Of a DNA stretch of 59,669 bases, positions 45,359-55,130 are shown piece by piece. This DNA comes from a virus. Lineage: Duplodnaviria; Caudoviricetes. A model generated the notes under the pieces. That model ran no database searches. It was not told where the DNA came from and was given only the letters and a program-made list of their open reading frames with translations. The stretch is from positions 1-59,669 of the IMG/VR virus record IMGVR_UViG_3300027112_000002; one strand, written 5' to 3'. Numbering within the stretch: the stretch's first letter is position 1; every line of letters begins with the position of its first letter. Position numbers and translations under genes: made by a program.

Positions 45359-45945
45359 GCCTTCTCCTTAATCGTGTAATAGCCATATCCCTTGGTTACA
45401 TCCCAATTGGTCATTGAGATGACAATAGTCCTTTTCCCCTGGGTGAGTTTGAGTCCATCCTCTGTTTTAATGGCGGTGATTGGTCCTCCTGTTGCAATGC
45501 ATATCTCAAAGATTTTGTTTATGTCCGCAGAATGCATGCATATGGATGCTCGAATAGCAAACTTCTCATCGGGTTCCTTTGCATCCACTTTGCGGCTCAT
45601 AATGGCGTCCCACATATCATCAAAGAATATGGCGGGCACTTTGCGGTTTGTCATCTGGAATAAAGCAATAATAGGTTTGGGGTCGGGAAGATTTAAGGGC
45701 TTTCCTTGAAATTCTTCTTCCCGTTCTTCGACAATGGGGGGTAAATTGAGGTTTTTTCTGCCCAAGGAACATTCTGAATTTCTGCATTTTTCGTAGATCG
45801 GCCATTTAGCGGGCTTGCCGTTCTTGCCCGTTTTGTGTCCATATTCCAAAAATGGCAGAATAGCATGACATTTGGGGCAGGGCATCCCTCTGTGGCCAAG
45901 TGCCCCTGCTTCATATATATTACCATCATGTGGATTTAAACTCAT
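45355..45945 (-). CDS. Protein with N-terminal zinc ribbon shared with gene 12154-12993
   Basis: CPKC..LPFLEYG.K.GK..KPAKWPIYEKC.N..C..GRKNL.LP. Confidence 0.75.
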   Translation of the reverse strand: MSLNPHDGNIYEAGALGHRGMPCPKCHAILPFLEYGHKTGKNGKPAKWPIYEKCRNSECSLGRKNLNLPPIVEEREEEFQGKPLNLPDPKPIIALFQMTNRKVPAIFFDDMWDAIMSRKVDAKEPDEKFAIRASICMHSADINKIFEICIATGGPITAIKTEDGLKLTQGKRTIVISMTNWDVTKGYGYYTIKEKA

Positions 45946-46141
45946 AGGTTCTCCTTATAATCGTTTTACATACACATTTCTATTTAAAGCAAAAGTGAAT
46001 TGCTTACGTAAGTCCTTCACTGGGATGGTGGGGTCAGTTCTATTGACAGTCAAGTCTATGACCAACTCTCCGCATACGGATATTACCATAGTCCGAACAT
46101 GATCAATCCTTATAAATTCATAAGGGCTATAGGCAATTATT

Positions 46142-46540
46142 TCAATTGACAAATAAGAGAGTGATGGCAAGGTCGTGATATCCTTCGCGAATACGTTTAA
46201 TAACGGGAGCGTGTGGAGTGATGGTGGCCTTGGAATTATAAAGTGATATCAATTCCAGGATTAGGGAATGCACATCTGATGGTCGATCATCAAGAGAGGG
46301 ACACGACACTCCGTTGTAGGAATGAGCACAGGCTACGGCCTCCACTATAAGCACTGTCTCCCTGGGTTTCAATTCAAGTGCCAATCCCAGAATGATGCGT
46401 ACCAAATATTCAAGCATAAAGGTGGGGTTGGCATTAGGTTCTTCGATCATGGTGCCGGCAGAAGGATAACGAATGGCAATTTCCTTATGTGGGGGCGGAC
46501 AGGGTACATAGGATTTTAGATACTTTGTGTGATGTGTCAT
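46142..46540 (-). CDS. Hypothetical protein
   Basis: ATGA coupling to the upstream DUF932 gene. Confidence 0.5.
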   Translation of the reverse strand: MTHHTKYLKSYVPCPPPHKEIAIRYPSAGTMIEEPNANPTFMLEYLVRIILGLALELKPRETVLIVEAVACAHSYNGVSCPSLDDRPSDVHSLILELISLYNSKATITPHAPVIKRIREGYHDLAITLLFVN

Positions 46541-47646
46541 TTCATTCCTTCCAGAACGTGAGCCATGGCTCGGGCTTTTGTCTTTGCGCGATTGCCCCAT
46601 AGGGTGCTTTCGAACATACCTTCCGGGCCGTCCCGGAAGTCTTCCGACTCCACTACGGCGTTCACGACGGCCCATCCGGTACGGGCTACCGCGGGCTGCT
46701 CGTCGTTGAAACGTTTGTAAAGATCAAACGTCTGGGAGCGCAGGGTTTCGATGCGAGCGCTGTCTCGTTCCCACACCTGGCCCACAGTGGCCAGACTGTC
46801 TGTGGCCCATGCCACGGATAGATTGAGACCGGCAAAGGAAGTAGTGTCGCTTGCGAATCCTGGGTCCACGGCCACAATCTCTTCGGCATCACGCAGCCGC
46901 TTTGGTTTTATCGGTTTGGGGTAGGACGCTGCAATAGTGGCAAGAGCCTGTTTGTCGGTAATGCCGTAAGCAGCAAGTTTGTCGAACAGTCCAAGAGTGT
47001 CTTTGACGGATTTGTCGATGCCCGCCATCAACTTGGCTCGATCAGCTACCTGGGCTTGCATTCCTTTGACATGCGACACCTTGACCGTGGTAATAGCCTG
47101 GGCCAGACCAAGGTTGAGTGTATTTTGACAGACAATGCGAACGGGAGTGAACACCAGCTTGAAGGCGGTTTTGCCATCACGACTTTCGATCAAAGAGAAG
47201 TAGAGCAGCAATTTCTCGCTCTCAATTCCCAGCACGTCATGCTCCCCATCCAGAAAGGCCACAAAGATGGTCTCGCCGCTGCCAAGGGCCCCCACGGTTT
47301 CAACCTTCCACTTATCTGCAATGCCGATTTCATCCAGGATGCGGGCCACATCCATATTTTGCAGGATTTCATACTTATCGGACACCAAGCCCAGGGGGGC
47401 CCATTCTTTGTCGTCCCCCGTCGGCTCCCGCATTAGAATATTCTGACCGGCGATCTGGAAGGATTGTGGGCGTCCGCCCGTGGGAATGTGGGCATAGATA
47501 GGTTGGGCATGGATTTTGTAGTCCAACCCCGCCAATTTGAAGGCCTCGGTCACAGAAGCGGGGCGATCTGCCAGGACCTTACCAATGTTGTGCCATGCTG
47601 GAACACGGACACTTAAGAACCGTCCACCAAAAATGTTTGCGCTCAT
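46537..47646 (-). CDS. DUF932 family phage/plasmid protein
   Basis: PAWH..G, AGLDY, VSDKYEILQN, ETVGAL, TPVRIVCQNTL, W...NAV.E. Confidence 0.9.
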   Translation of the reverse strand: MSANIFGGRFLSVRVPAWHNIGKVLADRPASVTEAFKLAGLDYKIHAQPIYAHIPTGGRPQSFQIAGQNILMREPTGDDKEWAPLGLVSDKYEILQNMDVARILDEIGIADKWKVETVGALGSGETIFVAFLDGEHDVLGIESEKLLLYFSLIESRDGKTAFKLVFTPVRIVCQNTLNLGLAQAITTVKVSHVKGMQAQVADRAKLMAGIDKSVKDTLGLFDKLAAYGITDKQALATIAASYPKPIKPKRLRDAEEIVAVDPGFASDTTSFAGLNLSVAWATDSLATVGQVWERDSARIETLRSQTFDLYKRFNDEQPAVARTGWAVVNAVVESEDFRDGPEGMFESTLWGNRAKTKARAMAHVLEGMK

Positions 47647-47684
47647 ATCATCTCCTTAATACTAGACTGTTTTGCGATACTCCA

Positions 47685-47713
47685 ATTATACCACTGCTCC
47701 TGTCCCTGGTCAA
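47685..47713 (-). promoter_or_regulatory. Sigma70-type promoter
   Basis: TTGACC-17 bp-TATAAT with TG. Confidence 0.75.
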
Positions 47714-48126
47714 GACCCTGAATAGTACAAGATGGCCCTATATACTTGATATGCAACTGTGAAAATTGCGGCAGCGACGGCCATAATTGAAAGCCAGTCT
47801 GTGTTTTGATGGGGAAGCTGATTGTGGATAGGCGAACCTACTGGGTCGGGGGGTTCCACTTCATGGGGCTGCAGCATTAAATTGTAGTCGTCGTCTTCTC
47901 CGGAAATATAACCCATTTCGTTCAGTAACTTAATACCTTCTTCCAGGCTGTCACATGGATAACCATTTTCCCCTTCCGTTCCTGTCTCGATCATTTCCAT
48001 TTCAGCTAAGACCATGCAAATAGTGCCAAATTCATGATATCCCTTTTTTGCATTGGCTTCTCTCTCCTCCTTATAAAACCATGCATGCCCCAGGTCATCA
48101 CGAATATATATAGTGTCTTTATCCAT
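47710..48126 (-). CDS. Hypothetical protein with C-terminal membrane anchor
   Basis: GGAG RBS; hydrophobic tail. Confidence 0.6.
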   Translation of the reverse strand: MDKDTIYIRDDLGHAWFYKEEREANAKKGYHEFGTICMVLAEMEMIETGTEGENGYPCDSLEEGIKLLNEMGYISGEDDDYNLMLQPHEVEPPDPVGSPIHNQLPHQNTDWLSIMAVAAAIFTVAYQVYRAILYYSGS

Positions 48127-48439
48127 TTTGTTTCTCCAATACTTCAATGAGCTTTAAGTGATCATGGCAGTGCATGCCCTTGTCATATTTGTGATTTTTG
48201 ACCAACTTGGCGCTGGAGGGCCACCACTCAATGAATAACTTGCCCTTACGGAAAATCCAATGGTGGTCATCACTGTTTACTTCCATAGACCACAGATTGT
48301 CTCGACACCACTGGCGGACAACCTCTTTATTGTCTATGGCTATTTGCTTCCTGCGCCGGTGCCTCTGCTTTGGGTCCTCCCCATGAATATAGGGAGCAAT
48401 TTCACTTTTACCCAGAGTTTGAATATCGGGTTTACCCAT
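48119..48439 (-). CDS. Hypothetical protein
   Basis: Tiled ORF. Confidence 0.65.
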   Translation of the reverse strand: MGKPDIQTLGKSEIAPYIHGEDPKQRHRRRKQIAIDNKEVVRQWCRDNLWSMEVNSDDHHWIFRKGKLFIEWWPSSAKLVKNHKYDKGMHCHDHLKLIEVLEKQNG

Positions 48440-48444
48440 AAAAA

Positions 48445-48849
48445 CTAATCCTCCGTGTCAATACTCACTGTGACAGATGGTTCAGATGTTGTGCCCTGAA
48501 CCTCAAGTTTGTATTCCTTGGCAATGGCCGTGTATTGGGGGGATGGCAAAATATCAATCGCGATAGAATCTGCCTGTGTTATCAACGCGACCTTTGCCTC
48601 AGCCACACGGCGGAACAATTCGTCAGTGATATTGGGGTCACCCCGTTTGTGGGCAGCCATGACTGCTTCCTTATAATTATAGGAAGTGGAGCCTTTGGAG
48701 TATTTGGCGCGGACCCCGGCTATTACCACGGTTTTGCCCTCTGCTAGGACCTGCTCTTTGATGGAGTATTCGACCCCTTCCAATGCTTGCTTTAGCTCCA
48801 GCCATTTCAACATTTGCTTAGCCAAAAATACCTGATCTATGTTACTCAT
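48445..48849 (-). CDS. Hypothetical protein
   Basis: Tiled ORF, AGGAG RBS. Confidence 0.65.
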   Translation of the reverse strand: MSNIDQVFLAKQMLKWLELKQALEGVEYSIKEQVLAEGKTVVIAGVRAKYSKGSTSYNYKEAVMAAHKRGDPNITDELFRRVAEAKVALITQADSIAIDILPSPQYTAIAKEYKLEVQGTTSEPSVTVSIDTED

Positions 48850-49739
48850 TTGTGCTCCTTTTTATATTGTTTTGCATATTTTAGGAGGGCGGCTCTGCCT
48901 TCCTCTTCCTTATTGACAGATTCATCCCACAGGTCTTCATCGCGCCATTTTAGCACTTCCTGAGCTACCAAATTGGCTAGGTCCGTAGGGCTTATAGCAT
49001 CTAACTCCCAGCAGCGTTTACCGAATTGAGACACATACCCTGCATGTCGCGAGTCAGTTTGCTTGGCCGTATTGGGAGGTGGGTTCCATCGCTCCACTTG
49101 GTCCATATTAAGGGCCAGACGCACCACATTGATGGATGAGCTATGACTGAACATTGCGATACGATCTTCTATATCGCGGGTCATATCCATGCCGGACGGG
49201 TCGTGGTCCCCCAAGTAGATTATGGTCACGTCCTTGCCATCTTCCTCAATTTTTGTGTTTATCCGTTGCCCCACTTCATACAATAGGGATATCGACCCAT
49301 ACCCCTTGTTGGCGGTGAACCGGACGTCCAATTCCCGGCAGACGGGTAACAGCACGCCCTCTAAAGCTTGCTTTTCCACCATTACCTCAATATGCACAGG
49401 CTGGGCGTCCCACTTATCCTCCCTGTACTGGCGGGCAGCTTGCTGCAGAATGTCTGCAGGGTCATCGAAGTGGGATAGGAAATGTGTCTCCCTGCCTCGA
49501 TCTTTGATCATGTCCCAGTCCAACAAGCCAGCCAGGCGAGCATCCGACACAAGCGATCCAAGGTTTTTATAGTCGCGCTGTGTGTTCGGTAACCAATCCT
49601 TGGCCACCATTTGATAGAAAAGCTGACGCAAGGACAGGTCATATCCCTGTTCCTGATAAGAGGTCATGATTAGATTAACTTGACCAATTATGGCTATACT
49701 CTTATCAGTGAATTTTTTGCGTATGAATGCTTCTTTCAT
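48846..49739 (-). CDS. wHTH-TOPRIM protein (TopoVI-A/Spo11-like fold)
   Basis: LRQLFYQ, VEKQAL, YLGDHDPSG, WELDA. Confidence 0.8.
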   Translation of the reverse strand: MKEAFIRKKFTDKSIAIIGQVNLIMTSYQEQGYDLSLRQLFYQMVAKDWLPNTQRDYKNLGSLVSDARLAGLLDWDMIKDRGRETHFLSHFDDPADILQQAARQYREDKWDAQPVHIEVMVEKQALEGVLLPVCRELDVRFTANKGYGSISLLYEVGQRINTKIEEDGKDVTIIYLGDHDPSGMDMTRDIEDRIAMFSHSSSINVVRLALNMDQVERWNPPPNTAKQTDSRHAGYVSQFGKRCWELDAISPTDLANLVAQEVLKWRDEDLWDESVNKEEEGRAALLKYAKQYKKEHK

Positions 49740-49751
49740 TGTGATTGTCCT

Positions 49752-49976
49752 TTATGTTTTTAACCTGGGAAAGTCCGGGTCCAGTTTAGCCAATTTATCC
49801 AAGGTTATATCCAGTTTCTCCCTTAATTCCTTTATTTGTGGAGATAAATATTCAGACAATTGGATGCCCGCAGCTTCATACGGCTTGCAAGCTTCCTGCC
49901 ATCTGGCATATTGAACCTTGGCCAAAGCCTTTAATTGATTAATGTCCCGTTGTGTTCTTTCTTCCTTTGTTGACAT
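49752..49976 (-). CDS. Hypothetical protein
   Basis: Tiled ORF. Confidence 0.6.
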   Translation of the reverse strand: MSTKEERTQRDINQLKALAKVQYARWQEACKPYEAAGIQLSEYLSPQIKELREKLDITLDKLAKLDPDFPRLKT

Positions 49977-49977
49977 G

Positions 49978-50265
49978 TTATCCTTCCGCGTTTGTGCCAG
50001 TGGTTATGTGGCAGGATGAATGGATGATCTTAACTTCGACCCGCTTGTGTTTCCAATTTCTATATTGGTGTTCAAGGCCATCCTGAATGTTAGCAGCCTT
50101 GGTCCAGATATCACACCAAGCATGTACTTTCCAGTGGTTGCGGTGCCCATTGATAGTCCATCTTACGACCACCACATAAGGCTTGCACCCAATGGCTCGC
50201 GTCTTTTTTACCAAGCCATTGGGCAGTTTTACAGTCACAAGGTGATATAATTTGGTCCTACTCAT
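49978..50265 (-). CDS. Hypothetical basic protein
   Basis: Tiled ORF. Confidence 0.5.
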   Translation of the reverse strand: MSRTKLYHLVTVKLPNGLVKKTRAIGCKPYVVVVRWTINGHRNHWKVHAWCDIWTKAANIQDGLEHQYRNWKHKRVEVKIIHSSCHITTGTNAEG

Positions 50266-50267
50266 GG

Positions 50268-50588
50268 TTATTGTCCACAAAGACGGCAGGGGGCATTATT
50301 GTCAATGGCTGGGCGGTTACGCGCTTCATGGACCTCGAAGCAGTGGTCCTTGTCGCTTCGTGCCAGTTCCAATTCCTTCTCGAAACCCGACTGGTGGTGG
50401 TATGTGGGGTTTCCGGACCCGTACGATGTCACGGAGTGGCAAACCGGGCATTCCAATTCGTCCACCCATCGGACCAGATAGGGGGCTTCCGGCTCAAAGG
50501 CCCATTCAATTATGGCTGAACCGACTTTCCTAACTCGCAATTCTGCGCAACAGGTGAGACAGGTGGGTTTTCCTATAAAGGCGCTCAT
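50268..50588 (-). CDS. Zinc-ribbon protein
   Basis: CLTC...CPVC. Confidence 0.6.
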   Translation of the reverse strand: MSAFIGKPTCLTCCAELRVRKVGSAIIEWAFEPEAPYLVRWVDELECPVCHSVTSYGSGNPTYHHQSGFEKELELARSDKDHCFEVHEARNRPAIDNNAPCRLCGQ

Positions 50589-50839
50589 AGGTTCTCGTAT
50601 GTCCTTCCTGAATTGGCTAGCGTAGGGAACAATTCCCTGGCCACTTGATGGCTTATCTCATCGCCATTTTGGGCTATTTGTTCATCCGACCATTCGGTAT
50701 TGCCCCGATAAGCGCACCAGCTTTGATCGCTGTGGATTACGGCCATGACCTTATATCCAAATCGGTCTCCGTTGCGTATTTCGTCCGGAGTGACCATATA
50801 AGAGCTAAGAGTGCCGTTTGCATTGGTTACACGGGTCAT
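50585..50839 (-). CDS. Hypothetical protein
   Basis: ATGA coupling. Confidence 0.65.
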   Translation of the reverse strand: MTRVTNANGTLSSYMVTPDEIRNGDRFGYKVMAVIHSDQSWCAYRGNTEWSDEQIAQNGDEISHQVARELFPTLANSGRTYENL

Positions 50840-51246
50840 GAGCGTCTCCCAGTCAGGAAGGCAACGCGTATTACTTCATCCCTTTTTAGAGGCTTTGCCT
50901 GTTCCATGAAGGCATCAAACCATAGTTGGAAGACTATATCTGGGTCCTCCTCTTCCTTTTCCTCTGCAAAATCGGAGATGTTGAACCCATCCTCATCTTC
51001 GTATTCGCACCATTCCCTGCCATCGAATTGTTCAAGGCCCCCCGCGTTGGAGAAATCGAGTTTTATGCGCTCATCCAACTGGTACAGGTCGTATTGAGCC
51101 AGGGCTGCGTAAAGGGTGACGGCGTGTGATACGCTTTGAACGGGGAAAAGGAAAGGGTTGTCTGATGGTACTTGCGGCATCCACCAAATCCGCAAGTCTC
51201 CCTTCTTGGCGTCTTCGAAAAAACTTTTGTCCTTATAACTATACAT
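50836..51246 (-). CDS. P22 gp17-like superinfection-exclusion family protein
   Basis: LRIWWMPQVP..PF...V......ALAQYDLYQL...IK.DFSNAGGL. Confidence 0.75.
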   Translation of the reverse strand: MYSYKDKSFFEDAKKGDLRIWWMPQVPSDNPFLFPVQSVSHAVTLYAALAQYDLYQLDERIKLDFSNAGGLEQFDGREWCEYEDEDGFNISDFAEEKEEEDPDIVFQLWFDAFMEQAKPLKRDEVIRVAFLTGRRS

Positions 51247-51583
51247 AATTCGCTCCTTTCGGAAATTTGTGTCCATATGGACGAAGGGTACGACCATCCT
51301 TTAATTGTAAAGTGATGTGGCCATGAGTTAATATATGGTGTTCCCGGCACAGATAAATCATTTTGTCTAGAAATAGCCACTCTAGGAATAGAATGCTGAA
51401 AAACCAAATTTTATAGGTGGTGTGGTGCACATCCATGTATCCTGTATTGGCATCGCATCCTTCAATTTGGCATTGGAAATCGGCTCGTATTTTGACACAT
51501 GCCTTTATCCATCTCCAATAACGGGTTCGTAGGTACCACTTTCTGTATATCAATACCTTTATGCTATGAAGCCAGGCTTTCAT
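51239..51583 (-). CDS. HNH endonuclease
   Basis: CQIEGC...DVHH..Y...LCREHH...H. Confidence 0.75.
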   Translation of the reverse strand: MKAWLHSIKVLIYRKWYLRTRYWRWIKACVKIRADFQCQIEGCDANTGYMDVHHTTYKIWFFSILFLEWLFLDKMIYLCREHHILTHGHITLQLKDGRTLRPYGHKFPKGANYV

Positions 51584-51789
51584 TAGAACCCCAACTCCTT
51601 TACCCGGATGGCATGCCTTACATGGGCGATGGCATTTTCCAGTTCGGCTATGTGGACCTGCTGGTCTGAATGTTTCAGGTCCGAAGCAAGCCCAGCTACA
51701 TTCAATTCATTGACCAATTCAACCAGATGTTCCCTCAATTGGTACAGGGACATATGAGAAAGGTCGTAGGTGCGGGGGGAGTTGGTCAT
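51583..51789 (-). CDS. Hypothetical protein
   Basis: Tiled ORF. Confidence 0.6.
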   Translation of the reverse strand: MTNSPRTYDLSHMSLYQLREHLVELVNELNVAGLASDLKHSDQQVHIAELENAIAHVRHAIRVKELGF

Positions 51790-52109
51790 TTGCTCTCCTT
51801 CTCCTCAAACACAAAGGTAATTTCCTTGTGCTGGCCATTGTTGAATGAATAAATCGTGTCGGGCTTATGTATAATGCGCAGGACTTTTTGGTAATATTTC
51901 TCAATGATTACCCTCATATCGATTTTATCCAAATTGGTCAACACCATACGGGTGGGATAGGAGACGGTCAAATGCATTCCAATCTCGTCGTCCCCTCCAA
52001 CCACCCCAGTATAAAGCTGGGCAGTGGCTCCCCAAGGTTCCAATTTGGCATTGAATTCATTTTGAAGTTGCAAAATGGTGGGTGATGGAGGTGTGTTTGA
52101 CTTACCCAT
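51786..52109 (-). CDS. Hypothetical protein
   Basis: Tiled ORF. Confidence 0.6.
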   Translation of the reverse strand: MGKSNTPPSPTILQLQNEFNAKLEPWGATAQLYTGVVGGDDEIGMHLTVSYPTRMVLTNLDKIDMRVIIEKYYQKVLRIIHKPDTIYSFNNGQHKEITFVFEEKESK

Positions 52110-52437
52110 GTTGTCTCTCCTGGAGTTTAAACTCGTGGTGCATGATGGTTTGACAGGCGTTGCACCATACCCCCTCGTCCAACACGCGATTTGCGTAGGT
52201 GATGTGGATGGCAGGCTCCTCTATATCCTTCACTCCACATAGACGGTTTGTGCCGTTGGTGGTGATATGCCAAACGCGCATCATCTTCGGAAAAACCTCG
52301 TCTGCATGACTATTCAAGTATTCAACGGCCAGCACGGCCAACTCTTCATCACTATATTCCCTTATCCATGAGTCCATGGACATTTTACCGATCTTTTCCC
52401 TCAACCTATCAACTGCCTTTTGAAGTTGTTGGTTCAT
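52102..52437 (-). CDS. Hypothetical protein with H..C..CxxC zinc motif
   Basis: WH...LCG...CNAC. Confidence 0.6.
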   Translation of the reverse strand: MNQQLQKAVDRLREKIGKMSMDSWIREYSDEELAVLAVEYLNSHADEVFPKMMRVWHITTNGTNRLCGVKDIEEPAIHITYANRVLDEGVWCNACQTIMHHEFKLQERQHG

Positions 52438-52660
52438 CCTTCCTCCTTTCCTTTTCTATCGCAGCCTCATAGCAGGAGGCGTGCACCAAAATCTCTCCAT
52501 CCAATTGATAAAAACGGCGGCCATACCCTATTTCCTCATGGCAGTATGGGCATTCGCTACCGGCCATGGTGCGAGTCTTGTCGCAATCGATATGACCACA
52601 CAGCAAATTTGTACAGGGGCCTATTGCAGACCCTGGCTGTGCTATGACGCCGGCGGCCAT
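52409..52660 (-). CDS. Zinc-finger protein
   Basis: CxxxxCxHxxC...CPYC...HASC. Confidence 0.65.
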   Translation of the reverse strand: MAAGVIAQPGSAIGPCTNLLCGHIDCDKTRTMAGSECPYCHEEIGYGRRFYQLDGEILVHASCYEAAIEKERRKDEPTTSKGS

Positions 52661-53046
52661 TAAGCCTCCGTTGATGGTAATTCGTCAACCAGCATGGACA
52701 TTTCTGCAGGTGTGGGATTGATTTCGTATGGCAGGGGGTTCGGGTCCGTCTGGAATAGAATTTCCAGATTATCGGAATTGAAGGCATCCTTGAATTCCTT
52801 CAACAGGTCGGGGAAATCAGCCTGTTGTGGAATTTTGGTGAATACCTCATTATTTTCCTTCTCCGTCCATGGTAAGTCACCTATCACCATGTCACACAAA
52901 AGGTCATGCACGGTGCTCTTGATCTGATACCATGGGATTTCTTCACGGAATTTGGCCACCCAGGTTTTGGCCCAGGCATCCGTGCTTGAGCTATCGATCT
53001 TGGTCTTTGCAAAATCCTCGGTAAGTCTGCTGGTTATGTTGGTCAT
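52660..53046 (-). CDS. Hypothetical acidic protein
   Basis: AAGGAGATGAACCG-ATG. Confidence 0.65.
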   Translation of the reverse strand: MTNITSRLTEDFAKTKIDSSSTDAWAKTWVAKFREEIPWYQIKSTVHDLLCDMVIGDLPWTEKENNEVFTKIPQQADFPDLLKEFKDAFNSDNLEILFQTDPNPLPYEINPTPAEMSMLVDELPSTEA

Positions 53047-53153
53047 CGGTTCATCTCCTTTTAATTGGTTGGCGCGTACGGATGGCGGGTGAGTTAGGCT
53101 AGGACTCACTTTACCTTTCCCGGCTAGCACGGCACACCATCCGCACCACGCCC

Positions 53154-53183
53154 ATTATACCATAGTCTTTCATCCCCTGTCAA
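53154..53183 (-). promoter_or_regulatory. Sigma70-type promoter followed by a structured leader
   Basis: TTGACA-18 bp-TATAAT with TG. Confidence 0.75.
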
Positions 53184-53622
53184 TGTCCTTGGTGTCAAAT
53201 ATGGCGGAAGTCCATGGGCCGGTGCGTGTTCTTAATTCGTATCCTTCAAGGTACTCCGTCATGAGCCTAAATATGTAAGGGACCTGTTCGTCTACTAATT
53301 CAGGGTGGGCTGGTTCCTGGGTTTCATTGTCTATTACTGGCATTACAACCAAGGCCAGGCCATTTGTCTCCAAATTCTTAACGCATACCTGCGTCACCCC
53401 ATTCTCAGCCCAAACATTCATGTCACCCTGCCATTTAAGGGAGTCGTATCTAACCCCATAAAAGGCAGGAGGAAGGGAGGCCAGCACGTTCTCATATAAA
53501 TTGTTGGCCCAGTCCTCGATGGCATCCTGAAAGTTGCCCTCGTTCTCTTCAATTGGGCAACCCACATACACCATTCTGTATTCGACCCCGCCTATGTGGG
53601 GGAAAAAGTTTCCTGCTCCCAT
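53170..53622 (-). CDS. Hypothetical acidic protein
   Basis: Tiled ORF. Confidence 0.65.
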   Translation of the reverse strand: MGAGNFFPHIGGVEYRMVYVGCPIEENEGNFQDAIEDWANNLYENVLASLPPAFYGVRYDSLKWQGDMNVWAENGVTQVCVKNLETNGLALVVMPVIDNETQEPAHPELVDEQVPYIFRLMTEYLEGYELRTRTGPWTSAIFDTKDIDRG

Positions 53623-53623
53623 T

Positions 53624-53875
53624 TTATGTTCCTTTCTGGTGTTCGATGGTTTCGGCCACGTCTATATCCCAACCGCGAGCCACCATCTCTTCTCCATCTG
53701 ACTTATAGTGCCCAGTCAAACGGGAGCCTGCAGCAAAGGGGTGCATACCTGGGCCTCCTTCTACTACGAAAATACGTTCGTCCAACTCCTGAAACATCCC
53801 AAAATGTGCGGATTTGGATATAACCACTTCCTCTCCGGGTTCAATTACTCTGCACAAATTATTCATTTTCACCAA
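53624..53875 (-). CDS. Hypothetical protein
   Basis: Tiled ORF. Confidence 0.6.
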   Translation of the reverse strand: MVKMNNLCRVIEPGEEVVISKSAHFGMFQELDERIFVVEGGPGMHPFAAGSRLTGHYKSDGEEMVARGWDIDVAETIEHQKGT

Positions 53876-54405
53876 GCCATGTAGTTTGATCGAAGCGCCA
53901 CAAATCCGCTGCCCAAGGTTTTCTTATCTGACAGATTGCCCCCTCCATGAACATATGTGAGCCAATACATCACTTCCTCCAGCCGGTCAATGGTGCATAT
54001 TACTGTTACGGATTTATACGGCAGTGCATCGTGCCATACCGGACACGTCGTAGGGTAGTCCCCGGCCACCGGGACGGTCCCGGAGGGCAGTCCGCGGGCC
54101 ACCACCATACCCCACGATGTACGTTCCATTTTGTCCAAATCAAACGTGCCCCACACATCCTCCTTGGTTAACTCCTCTCCCAAGGGAGGCAATAAGGGTT
54201 GGGCCGGGCGAGCATATTCCGCCTCGATGATCTTTTGCATTTCGGGAGTGGTTGACTCCTCACCATTTATCATACCAAGAACATTGAAACTGGAAATGGG
54301 AGTGAGGTTAGATGTTAGCACACTCCGAAAATATAGGACATTGTTGTGTCTCCATATTTCAGTCTCACATTGGGCTTCACATTCACATTTTGCTATTGGT
54401 CTCAT
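53869..54405 (-). CDS. Hypothetical protein
   Basis: AAGGAGGACCC RBS. Confidence 0.7.
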   Translation of the reverse strand: MRPIAKCECEAQCETEIWRHNNVLYFRSVLTSNLTPISSFNVLGMINGEESTTPEMQKIIEAEYARPAQPLLPPLGEELTKEDVWGTFDLDKMERTSWGMVVARGLPSGTVPVAGDYPTTCPVWHDALPYKSVTVICTIDRLEEVMYWLTYVHGGGNLSDKKTLGSGFVALRSNYMAW

Positions 54406-54688
54406 TATTGGGTCCTCCTTTAAAGGGATATATGATAAACAGGCTCACTGGGACCGGCTCGGTTTGGCGCTGGTCATTTACCACTTTGAACATAGCGAAG
54501 TTTATTTTATCGGAAAGAATTTCGATATGGATATCCCATTCTTCGCCATCCGCAGTTTCCATGGTCAACCATTCATCGTCATTTACCAGAGTAAAATAAC
54601 TCTCGGATATACCCTTTTGAATGGTCAACTTTCGCTCGGCCACTATGTAGGTAGCTTCGAATTTAGATTGCGACATACTCGTCTCCAT
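54383..54688 (-). CDS. Hypothetical protein, paralogous to the C-terminus of 57895-58581
   Basis: DDEW...GE.WD.H motif. Confidence 0.65.
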   Translation of the reverse strand: METSMSQSKFEATYIVAERKLTIQKGISESYFTLVNDDEWLTMETADGEEWDIHIEILSDKINFAMFKVVNDQRQTEPVPVSLFIIYPFKGGPNNETNSKM

Positions 54689-55130
54689 CCCGCAGATATC
54701 GGAGAAGGTTAATCACATCGCAACCGGCAGAGTCCGCCTCCCTGTCTTCAACGGCATCTTCCAACCACTGCAGACACTTGGTAAGATCAACAACGGGCAC
54801 GCGCACCGGCCACATGTCTGAGCCTACTTCCGGCCTACCGCTTTGTACCCACTGCCATAGACGGTTTCCGATTTCCTTATCTGTGCATTGTTCATCCTTG
54901 AGCATCTGGATGGCATCGGTCAAAGGGGCGGTCAATCGTCCGCGCAGGGCATCAAGCAGCAGATAGTTTCTTACCAGCCCGGTGACCACTTCTTCATATC
55001 CATCTGAATGGACGTTATCGGCATCCTCGATGGCAATGCCTATGAGTAATGATTGCTCTGCCACTATGGGGTCCAGACCATAGGTGTTGACCACATAATC
55101 GATAGCCTCCTGTGCAGTATTAATGGGCAT
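54663..55130 (-). CDS. Hypothetical acidic protein
   Basis: GAGGAGGACCC RBS. Confidence 0.65.
   Translation of the reverse strand: MPINTAQEAIDYVVNTYGLDPIVAEQSLLIGIAIEDADNVHSDGYEEVVTGLVRNYLLLDALRGRLTAPLTDAIQMLKDEQCTDKEIGNRLWQWVQSGRPEVGSDMWPVRVPVVDLTKCLQWLEDAVEDREADSAGCDVINLLRYLRDGDEYVAI

Noticed and set aside
48846-49739. Integrase or transposase
   Set aside because: Motifs are TOPRIM-type (E...DxD); no tyrosine/serine recombinase or DDE signature seen anywhere
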